From: Verrucomicrobiaceae bacterium
GTDB taxonomy: Bacteria; Verrucomicrobiota; Verrucomicrobiia; Verrucomicrobiales; Verrucomicrobiaceae
DNA: 33,968 nt
Reading direction: 5' to 3'
Assembly (NCBI GenBank): GCA_947463285.1
Contig: CANHTV010000001.1
Coordinates: 1-33,968 of the forward strand
A program made the position numbers and the translations under genes. Of this stretch, positions 8,840 through 16,792 are shown piece after piece. A model generated the notes under the pieces. The model made no database searches. It was not told the origin of the DNA and was given only the letters and a program-made list of their open reading frames with translations. The first letter of the stretch is position 1. Each line of letters starts with the position of its first letter.

Positions 8840-10318
8840 CTACTTCTTGGCTTTCTTCTTTTTGCCAGCAGGAGGAGGCGGATGCGGCAGGTCATCGCCG
8901 GGCTGGTTGGAAAAACGCCAGGGATCATTCAGCTGGCGCATTTCAGCCAGTAGCAGGGCTTCCATCTCTTTGAGCTTCTCGGCATGATTGGGATCTAGGG
9001 CCAGATTTGGACGACCATTCTCAGGCAGAAGTTCCTCAGGGTTTTCGGCCAGGTTGAAAAGTTGAGTTTCATTCACGCCGCGATCAGGGGCCTCGTAGCG
9101 GATGAGTTTCCAGTCACCCTTTTTCACCGCTCTCATGCCCGGCTTGCTGCCACCGCTATAGACTCCGAAGAGCACATCGCGGACGGCTTTTTTCTCCCCT
9201 GTGAGCACGGGCTTGAAGCTCAGACCTTCGTTTGTTTCGGGTGGCGTGACTCCAGCGAGATCACAGAGTGTGGCGAGTACATCGAGCAGGTAGATATTGC
9301 CTTCCACACGACTCCCTGCTTCGATGCCCGGGCCTTTGATGATGAAGGGCACGCGCCAGGTGTGTTGATAGAGGTTTTGTTTCCCCATGAGGCCGTGGCG
9401 ACCGATCGATATGCCGTGATCAGCCGTGTAGATGATGTAGGTGTTGTCCAGTTCAGCTATGGCTTCCAGCTTGTTCAAGACGCGCCCGATGTGGATGTCG
9501 ATGTTTTCACTACAGGCATACTGACGCCCGATTTCATTGCGGATGCTCGCCTCATCCCGGCGCTTCCAGACGCCACTGACCTCTACTTCATCACGGACAT
9601 CAGCATGAGTCATGTCAAAGGGATGCTTGGCGAGGTAATTGTCTGGCAAAGGTGGTTGCAGGCTGTGCAAAGAAGGCGGGTTTGCCTCGTCCGTGTGATT
9701 AGTGGCTCCGTACTTGGCTAGCAGTTCAGGCTTGCCATCACGCGTGTCGTGTGGATGGGAGAACCCGTAGTAGATGAGGAAAGGTTTGGTGTCCTTTCTC
9801 GTCTCGCGCTCACCCAGATAGTTCATGACTTGGTCGCCATGCCAGGCACTGCCGTTTTCATCATCGCCGCCGCGTTTGGATGCATCCTTGCGCACGGTGA
9901 AAAGTTTGTTTGCCGCCTCATAGCTGTTTCCCATCTTGCAGGTGCGCATGGTGGCATAACCCGCTCGATTAAAAACCGCCGGGATCGTCTGCTGCTCCAA
10001 GGCTGGTGGGCAGGTCTTTGCACCCCATGGGGCCGGTGGTAGATGCCAGACAGTGCGACCACTCATGATCATGTGCCGTGAAGGCATGCAGACTGCACCG
10101 CTGAATGAGCCCATGTGGTAGGCTCCATCAAAGACCATTCCTTGTGCCGCCAGCTTGTCGAGATTTGGCGTCTCCAAGGTTGATTTAGGATTGTACATCT
10201 TCAGATCAAAAGGCGACTGATCATCGACAAGGATGAATAGAAGATTCGGGCGTTTTTCAGCGGCCAATGAAGACGCCAGAACAAGCAGCGATGATAGACA
10301 GATGAGGATGCATTTCAT
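8840..10318 (-). CDS. Secreted S1 sulfatase (choline-sulfatase-like family)
   Basis: Signal peptide, PNLLFILVDDQ, VCMPSRHMIMSG, HPHD, TADHG, GKQNLY, RVPFII. Confidence 0.9.
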   Translation of the reverse strand: MKCILICLSSLLVLASSLAAEKRPNLLFILVDDQSPFDLKMYNPKSTLETPNLDKLAAQGMVFDGAYHMGSFSGAVCMPSRHMIMSGRTVWHLPPAPWGAKTCPPALEQQTIPAVFNRAGYATMRTCKMGNSYEAANKLFTVRKDASKRGGDDENGSAWHGDQVMNYLGERETRKDTKPFLIYYGFSHPHDTRDGKPELLAKYGATNHTDEANPPSLHSLQPPLPDNYLAKHPFDMTHADVRDEVEVSGVWKRRDEASIRNEIGRQYACSENIDIHIGRVLNKLEAIAELDNTYIIYTADHGISIGRHGLMGKQNLYQHTWRVPFIIKGPGIEAGSRVEGNIYLLDVLATLCDLAGVTPPETNEGLSFKPVLTGEKKAVRDVLFGVYSGGSKPGMRAVKKGDWKLIRYEAPDRGVNETQLFNLAENPEELLPENGRPNLALDPNHAEKLKEMEALLLAEMRQLNDPWRFSNQPGDDLPHPPPPAGKKKKAKK

Positions 10319-10330
10319 GGATGGGGCAGA

Positions 10331-11773
10331 TCAGTTCGTGTGCTTTTTCATTTTCTTTCCACCCTTGCCAGCGCCTCTGGTCGTAGGTTGATATTCCCAG
10401 CGTTTCATCAAGTCACCCAGATAAGGTTTGTAGCTCGGATGGTCTGTCCAAGGGATGGATTCAGGATCAGGCGGAGTGACTTTGCCTTCTGGGTAATCTC
10501 GGCCCTCGAAACTGGCGCTGACGCTGTCGCTCCAGGCCATCAGCTCCTTTTTCATCTGCTCAAAAACTGACGCTTCTTTTTCGCTCAGGTCGGTTGTTTC
10601 GTGAGGATCACTGAGGATGTCATAAAGCTGAAAGCTGCCTTCTTTGAGGTTCTCGGATAGGATCTTGAAGCGTGGTCCAGTCATGGCGATTTTATTGCCG
10701 AAACGAAAACCCAGAGGCTTGCGGCGCTCACCGATCTCGTCTGCAAAAAGCGGCTTCAGGCTGATGCCATCAAGGGGTTGAATCATGGACTCAGACGGCA
10801 GTCCCACGATATCGGCTACAGTCGGAAACAAATCGAAGGTGCAGGCGGGATAACTTGTAACACGTGGCTTGATCATCGCCGGCCATTCGATGATGCCTGG
10901 TACGCGAAGCCCGCCCTCGTAGACACTGCCTTTATGGCCGCGCAGGCCGCCTGTGCTGCTGGGTTTCACTTCCGGCAAGCCGCCGTTGTCACTGTTAAAA
11001 ACGAGCAGTGTGTTGTCGGCGATTCCGACATCACACAGCTTTTTGCGCAGGGTGCCCATAGCTCGATCTAGCGCGACGAGTTCGCCATAATGATTGGCCG
11101 AGGCCTGATCCAAATCACCAAAAGCTGCTTTGTCGGCCTCCAGGGCCTTGAAGGGGCTGTGAGGAGTGCCGAACCAAATGACGGCAAACAGTGGTTTGTC
11201 TCCAGGGCGATGTTTGTCGATGAACTTCGCAGCCTCTGCGACGACGATGTCAGAGGAGTCACCCTTAAATTCCACGAATTCACCGCCACGGCTCATGATC
11301 GGATTTTGATCGAAGAAATTCGTCACCGACACCCATTCATCAAATCCGAAAGCGCCAGGGCTGCGTGGGTCATCCCGCAATACCGGAGCACCGGGGCCTT
11401 TAAAACCATTGAGATGCCATTTGCCAAAATGTCCGGTCACATAACCTGCGCCCTTGAGGGCTTGAGCGATCGTCTTCTCCTGCAACCTTAGCGCAAAACC
11501 ATGCGTCAACACGCCAGCACGTTCATTGGTTCGGCCAGTCAGCACTGTGGCGCGTGTAGGCGAGCACACGGGGTTTCCTGCATAGAATCTCTCAAAACGC
11601 AGCCCGTTCGCCGCCATCGCATTCAGATTGGGTGTCTTCAATATCGGATGCCCCCGATAACCCGTCTGCCCCCAGCCCATGTCATCAGCCATCACGAAGA
11701 TGATGTTTGGCTTTGCTGCGAAGAGCGAAGAGCAGAGAGTAAGCAGCAGAATGCTAAGCAGCGCGGATTTCAT
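10331..11773 (-). CDS. Secreted S1 sulfatase (arylsulfatase A-like)
   Basis: Signal peptide, PNIIFVMADDMG, CSPTRATVLTG, FGKWHL, SDNGG, KGSVYEGGLRVP. Confidence 0.92.
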   Translation of the reverse strand: MKSALLSILLLTLCSSLFAAKPNIIFVMADDMGWGQTGYRGHPILKTPNLNAMAANGLRFERFYAGNPVCSPTRATVLTGRTNERAGVLTHGFALRLQEKTIAQALKGAGYVTGHFGKWHLNGFKGPGAPVLRDDPRSPGAFGFDEWVSVTNFFDQNPIMSRGGEFVEFKGDSSDIVVAEAAKFIDKHRPGDKPLFAVIWFGTPHSPFKALEADKAAFGDLDQASANHYGELVALDRAMGTLRKKLCDVGIADNTLLVFNSDNGGLPEVKPSSTGGLRGHKGSVYEGGLRVPGIIEWPAMIKPRVTSYPACTFDLFPTVADIVGLPSESMIQPLDGISLKPLFADEIGERRKPLGFRFGNKIAMTGPRFKILSENLKEGSFQLYDILSDPHETTDLSEKEASVFEQMKKELMAWSDSVSASFEGRDYPEGKVTPPDPESIPWTDHPSYKPYLGDLMKRWEYQPTTRGAGKGGKKMKKHTN

Positions 11774-11783
11774 GTGCGCTGTG

Positions 11784-11809
11784 AACGTCGAAAGAGTGGG
11801 GATGTGTCA
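11784..11809 (-). promoter_or_regulatory. Putative ECF-sigma promoter (copy B)
   Basis: Minus strand TGACAC-N14-GA-CGTT, 10 nt upstream of ATG 11773. Confidence 0.6.
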
Positions 11810-11856
11810 GGACTCTTTTTGTAGAGGTCGTTTTTTAGCAAACCAGTGCAAGCCTC

Positions 11857-12693
11857 CTACCTCACAAACCCCTGCCTCCGCAGCCAGAAGAGTAAATCTG
11901 CGAACCATGGATGCTGTGTGCCGATGAGACCTGTGCCGTGGTCGCCGTGCTGATAGAGATGGAGTTCGTGGGGGACGTTGTTTTGATGCAAGGCAGCGGC
12001 GTAGAGTTGAGCGTGCTCCACGGGGACCATCTTGTCCTCCATCGTGTGCCAGAGGAAGACGGGCGGCAGGCCTGACTTTACTTGCAGCTCACTGGAAGTC
12101 CGGCGAACGAGCTTTTCATCCGGTGTTTCGCCAATGAGCATCTTCCGCGATGTGGCATGCGGCTTGGTGATCATGCTGATAACCGGATAACAAAGGATAG
12201 CGAGATCTGGGCGAGGGCTGATGCTGCGGTTACTGCCGGGAATCATGCCGTCCTCGGGCCTGTTGATGAGAGTGGAAGCGAGATGACCACCAGCAGAAAA
12301 ACCCATCACGCCGACGCGATGTGGGTCGATCTTCCATTTCGCGGCATTACCACGGATCTGAAGCATGGCCTCAACTACATCCTGGAGCTGTGCGGGATAG
12401 TGATAGCCCGCACTACCAAGGCGGTAGCGGAGTACAAAGATCGTCAATCCCTGTTGATTAAGCCAAAGAGCGAAAGGCTCGGCCTGTCCTTCATAAATGC
12501 CGCTGTAGCTGCCTCCGGGGATGAGCAGCATCGCGGCACCGCTCGCCTTGGCGGGAAGGTAGGGCGTGAGTGTTGGGCGATCTTTTGCAGAGTCACCCAG
12601 TGCTCCAGGCGCACCGTCTGGCCACAGCAAGATGGATTCCTCAGCACCGAGTAAAGAACCAGCCAGGCCCAGCAGAATCAGCAGCAATTTCAT
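11857..12693 (-). CDS. Secreted alpha/beta hydrolase (carbohydrate acetyl/feruloyl esterase-like)
   Basis: Signal peptide from ATG 12693 (MKLLLILLGLAG), PGGSY oxyanion motif, GFSAGG nucleophile elbow, EDKMV (Asp) and GDHG (His). Confidence 0.85.
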   Translation of the reverse strand: MKLLLILLGLAGSLLGAEESILLWPDGAPGALGDSAKDRPTLTPYLPAKASGAAMLLIPGGSYSGIYEGQAEPFALWLNQQGLTIFVLRYRLGSAGYHYPAQLQDVVEAMLQIRGNAAKWKIDPHRVGVMGFSAGGHLASTLINRPEDGMIPGSNRSISPRPDLAILCYPVISMITKPHATSRKMLIGETPDEKLVRRTSSELQVKSGLPPVFLWHTMEDKMVPVEHAQLYAAALHQNNVPHELHLYQHGDHGTGLIGTQHPWFADLLFWLRRQGFVR

Positions 12694-12710
12694 GAGCGAG
12701 CCGAGTGGGA

Positions 12711-13853
12711 TCAAAGAGCCTGCATCTTCACCACCAGGGACTCATAACCTAAAGTACGATCAAAATTGGCTTCATGCTCTACACGTTCTTCAGCCTTCAG
12801 GATGGTGATGCTTTTTACACGCTCGCAGCAAAGCTTCAGCAGTGTGCGCAGGATTAGGCGCGCATGGGGTGCGCCGAGGCAGAGGTGTGTGCCAAAGCCA
12901 AAGGAAAGGTGGGGGTTCGGCTTGCGATCCAGTCGCACTTCATGAGGCTGCGGGAAGGCCTGCTCATCAAAATTGGCGGATGCCCAAGCCAGCGAAACCC
13001 GTTCTCCAGCACTCACTTTGACGCCATGAACATCCGTTTCCACCGGGCACACTCGACCGATGTGCGTCAGCGGCATGAAGACGCGGAAAAACTCCTCAGA
13101 GGCCAGTGTGATGCGTTTGGGGTCGGCACGCAAAAATTCCAGAGCCTGTGGATGCTGAGCCAGATAACCCAAGGCACACGAGATCGTGTGGATGATGGTG
13201 TCACGCCCGCCCGCGAAAGCCAAATTGGCAAAGCCCATGCATTCTTCCCGCGTCAGTTTGCGCCCGCGAAAGGCAGCCTTGGTGAGGGCACTGAACAAAT
13301 CCTCTCCCGGGTTGGCCTCGGCTTCATCAAACTTCCTTTGCAGATAGTCTTCCAGCACCGTGCCTTTCTTGAATTCACCACCGGTGACTTTGAACACATG
13401 AATGCCCCAGCCGATCCAAATATCGGCTTCAGATTCTGATGTGTTGAGTAGATAAGTCAGGGCTATCGACTGCACGGGAAGCGCAAATTCATTGACGATT
13501 TCAATGGAGTCACGCTCCAGCACTTCCGTCAGTTTGCGATTCAGCAAGGCTTCCACCTTGGTCATCATTTCAGGTTCCTTGGCGCGCTGAAAAAAAGGCT
13601 CCACGATGTCCCTGTAATCCGTGTGTTCCGGGGGATTGGTTTCGATGGGCAGTTGCCTCATGCTGCGGACATCTTCTTCCGAAGGAATGGGCACCCGAAA
13701 TGGAACGTCTGAGCTGAAAGTCTGCCAGTCTTTGGCCGCTTTTCTCACGTCTTCATGGCGCAGGATCATGGTGATGGTTTCACCGTGGAATGGGCACTGC
13801 AACACGCCCGTTGCGGCGCGGGCTTCCTGAAAGGGATCTGACTTGGTGTTCAT
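12711..13853 (-). CDS. Cytochrome P450, CYP236-like (candidate sugar O-demethylase)
   Basis: NPPEH, I-helix FAGGRDT, ExxR (EEFFR) and heme motif FGFGTHLCLG establish a P450. The CYP236 resemblance rests on recalled motifs (DPFxxAR, TMxLRHxDVRK, IPSExDxRxxRQxPxE, WIxWGxHVF). Confidence 0.92.
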   Translation of the reverse strand: MNTKSDPFQEARAATGVLQCPFHGETITMILRHEDVRKAAKDWQTFSSDVPFRVPIPSEEDVRSMRQLPIETNPPEHTDYRDIVEPFFQRAKEPEMMTKVEALLNRKLTEVLERDSIEIVNEFALPVQSIALTYLLNTSESEADIWIGWGIHVFKVTGGEFKKGTVLEDYLQRKFDEAEANPGEDLFSALTKAAFRGRKLTREECMGFANLAFAGGRDTIIHTISCALGYLAQHPQALEFLRADPKRITLASEEFFRVFMPLTHIGRVCPVETDVHGVKVSAGERVSLAWASANFDEQAFPQPHEVRLDRKPNPHLSFGFGTHLCLGAPHARLILRTLLKLCCERVKSITILKAEERVEHEANFDRTLGYESLVVKMQAL

Positions 13854-13879
13854 GAAAAGACGAGGAAATTAAAACGGTT

Positions 13880-14484
13880 TCAGTTTTTGAAATCGCACAC
13901 TTTAAGAGCGCGAAACTCCAGCGCTCCGGCTTTTTCACCGTCCGGGCCGCCGGAGTCGCCACCAAGGCCAAAGGTCTGTTTTGGCTCGCTGATGCACGGG
14001 TGAGCCGCAGTGACGACTTGATCATCCACTGTGGCAGAGAATGACTCGCCTTTGAAAGCGAGCTTCACTCGATGCCAGTCGCCCACAGCCAGCTTGGCGG
14101 GCATTTTGAAGAGTTCCTTCGTTTCACCTTTCTTCGGATGAGCCATCACGCGGATCTGGTCTTTGCCCATGATCAGGTGCACGATGTGCCCACGCTCCTG
14201 TGAACCATTGAATATGATGCCCGCAAAAGTCGCTTTCCGGTGAGGCGGAATTCACACTCCATCACTGCATCCGTGAGCGGTAGTCTGCGCATTTTCACCG
14301 GCCCATGACGACGCGGACCGGATTCAAAACCATGCAGGACTCCCTTCTCAGCCTTCCAGGTGCCGAGGCCCCAAAACCAGTCTTTGGATAGCTCGGACGT
14401 AAAGGTTTCTTCGAGCACGATCTTGGGCTCAGCGGCTAAAACAGCACTGCTGAAAAGACTCAAGGCAATAAAGATGGCTTTCAT
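13880..14484 (-). pseudogene. Secreted ConA/LamG-like beta-sandwich protein split by a frameshift (~201 aa when repaired)
   Basis: Signal peptide MKAIFIALSLFSSAVLA. Adding one base in the T3 run at 14234-14236 joins ORF 14173..14484 to 13880..14182 via LTGKATFAGIIFNGSQERGHIVHLIMG. WHRVKLAFKG...VDD and LEFRALKV are ConA-like motifs. Confidence 0.75.
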
Positions 14485-15149
14485 GGTTTGGCCTCCACGC
14501 GGATGTCGTCGATCTCGATGCCCTTTTCACCGCCGTTTTGCATCCAGAGCAATTTGCGCTTTCCGGCATTGAAGTTCGGACGTGCGAGGCTGTGGCTCCA
14601 AAGCTTGCCATCGAGGGAAAGGGCGACGTTCTCACCGCTGAAGTCGAGTTTTACGGTTCGCCAAGTGTTGGCGCTGAGATCGACTTTCTCGGCGGGGAAG
14701 TATTCATTGGTCCGATAAGCGCCGCTGACTGTATCAGCAGCACGCTTCTTCTGAACCCGCGGATGCGATGGATCTTTGGTGTGAGCATCGACTTCGAGCG
14801 TCACCGAATCGCGGAGAAGTTTCACCCGCAGCATGTGGTCCACACTGCCAAATCCATCATCGCCATCCACGAAGAACCACAGCCAACCGTCATCACCCAG
14901 ATGACGATAGCGAAAGGTGATGCTCATGTCTTTTCCCTCGACTGGCAGATAGACCATCGGCGGATATTTGCCACCGCTTGCCCCACGCGTCCAAAGCACG
15001 CCTTTTCGAACTTCAGTGTTCTTGTTTGGTATGGGGGTGGTAAAGCGTTTCGCGTCGAACTTGGCTTCAAAAGTTTCGACAAAGGGATCGTCGCAGTATG
15101 CTGTCCCAAGGCACAAAGCTATCAAAGAGGTGTAGATCAGACTCAACAT
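14481..15149 (-). CDS. Secreted ConA/LamG-like hypothetical protein
   Basis: Signal peptide from ATG 15149, WRTVKLDFSG...LSLDG and C-terminal IEIDDIRV. Stop overlaps the next start (ATGA). Confidence 0.75.
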   Translation of the reverse strand: MLSLIYTSLIALCLGTAYCDDPFVETFEAKFDAKRFTTPIPNKNTEVRKGVLWTRGASGGKYPPMVYLPVEGKDMSITFRYRHLGDDGWLWFFVDGDDGFGSVDHMLRVKLLRDSVTLEVDAHTKDPSHPRVQKKRAADTVSGAYRTNEYFPAEKVDLSANTWRTVKLDFSGENVALSLDGKLWSHSLARPNFNAGKRKLLWMQNGGEKGIEIDDIRVEAKP

Positions 15150-15160
15150 CGTCAAGACTC

Positions 15161-15186
15161 AACGTCGGCTTCACTTCTTCGTTTCA
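15161..15186 (-). promoter_or_regulatory. Putative ECF-sigma promoter (copy C)
   Basis: Minus strand TGAAAC-N14-GA-CGTT, 11 nt upstream of ATG 15149. Confidence 0.65.
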
Positions 15187-15667
15187 GTGGCTTTGATGTA
15201 GTTTTCGATCATTCAAATCCCCGTGACTGGGTTTGCAGGGAAGTGCAGTGGTGAGATTGAATCGGATTTAGTAACTGGATTTATGAGGGAATCCATCTTC
15301 AAGACGAGCGGCAAATTCCGCAGGTCGGACTCAGCTCCACGATGCTTGATGTGCTGTAAGGCTGTGTCGTGAAGGTGATCATCTCGTTAATCGCATCCAG
15401 CAATGCGGCAGAGAGAAGAGCTAGGTGAAATAAACAGTGGCTTGGTTCATCAAAGACATGTCAGCATATTAGGTGTAACCGTAAGTTGAAATTCAAGCTT
15501 TAACCTGAATAGGTCTTGAGTGCAAAAAATGCTGATTCCAGTGCGGAATTTTAATAGCTGAGAGTCTTTGTCCATTCAGCTTGATGATTAGAGATCAAAA
15601 AATCGTGTGCCGAACTGGATGGCAAACTTGTTTGGACCGGTCGAACTTGTAAGGCTTCGATAGAAAT

Positions 15668-15693
15668 TGTCAGTGAGGGGCCGCCAGCGCGTT
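15668..15693 (+). promoter_or_regulatory. Putative ECF-sigma promoter (copy D)
   Basis: TGTCAG-N16-CGTT, 19 nt upstream of ATG 15713. Confidence 0.5.
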
Positions 15694-15712
15694 CTATGAT
15701 GACAATCTGATC

Positions 15713-16792
15713 ATGAACACTTCCGCTATCCACATTCAACGCCGTCAGTTTACCCTCGGCATCGCATCGGCATTGGCCGCGCCTTTTATTCGAGCTCAGA
15801 GCAAAACGGCGCCTGAGTTTCATGGAGAAGTCGTGGGGCACGGGGCCTTCCGTTATCGCGTGGACAAGCTCTGGAGTCAGGCTGATCCGACTAAAACGCC
15901 CGTCAAAGATTGTCACGAAATGGTTCAGTCAGCCGATGGCCGACTGTTTTTACTGACGAATCACAAGCAGAATAATGTGCTCATTTATGATGTGAAGGGA
16001 GCCCTGCTCGGCACTTGGACGCTGGGCCTCGGTGGTGCCCATGGATTGACCCTGCATCGGGAGGCGGATGAGCGTGAGTTCCTGTATCTCACCGATCCCA
16101 GCGCTGGCCGTGTAGTGAAAGCGACGCTGGATGGGAAGATCGTTTTGGAACTGCCTCACCCGGCGAAAGTCGAAGCCTACAAACCCACCGATCTCTATAA
16201 TCCCACCGAGACCGCTGTCGCTCCCAATGGAGACATCTATGTGGCGGATGGCTACGGCTCGCAGTTCATTCTGTGCTTTAGCAAAGACGGCCAGTTCATC
16301 AGCAAGTTTGGCGGCAAAAGCACTCAGCCAACTAACCCTGGACGCTTCATGCAGGCCCATGGCATCGCGCTTGATGCGCGAGGTGAAAAGCCGCTGTTGA
16401 TCGTCACCGAGCGCGTTCGCAATGAGTTCAACTGGTTCACGCTGGAGGGTGAACATGTGCGTGGCGTCTATCTTCCCGGTGCCTATGTCAGCCGCCCGGT
16501 CATCCATGACCGGAATCTTTACTCAGGCGTTTGTTTTGGAGCGAAGCCTGACGACTTCCGCATGTGGCAGGGACGCGGCTTCGTCACCATCTTGGACGAA
16601 ACAGGCAAGGTCTTGTCCAATCCGGGAGGTTTGACACCTCAGTATGAAGAAGGGCGTTTAAAGGTCATGCTTCAGGACAAACCCATCTTTAACAACTGTC
16701 ACGATGTCTGCGTGGACACTCAGAGTGATCTGTATGTCTGCCAGTGGAACAGCGGGAATGTCTATCCTTATAAACTGCATCGCGAGGCATGA
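15713..16792 (+). CDS. Tat-exported NHL-repeat six-bladed beta-propeller protein (PAL-like)
   Basis: QRRQF twin-arginine signal; GAHGL, PTETAVAPNGDIYVADGYG, AHGIALD and CHDVCVD blades. Confidence 0.85.
   Translation: MNTSAIHIQRRQFTLGIASALAAPFIRAQSKTAPEFHGEVVGHGAFRYRVDKLWSQADPTKTPVKDCHEMVQSADGRLFLLTNHKQNNVLIYDVKGALLGTWTLGLGGAHGLTLHREADEREFLYLTDPSAGRVVKATLDGKIVLELPHPAKVEAYKPTDLYNPTETAVAPNGDIYVADGYGSQFILCFSKDGQFISKFGGKSTQPTNPGRFMQAHGIALDARGEKPLLIVTERVRNEFNWFTLEGEHVRGVYLPGAYVSRPVIHDRNLYSGVCFGAKPDDFRMWQGRGFVTILDETGKVLSNPGGLTPQYEEGRLKVMLQDKPIFNNCHDVCVDTQSDLYVCQWNSGNVYPYKLHREA

Noticed and set aside
13859-13882. Fifth ECF motif upstream of the P450 (TGAAAC...CGTC)
   Set aside because: Spacer is 14 nt rather than 16, so it does not fit the other four copies.
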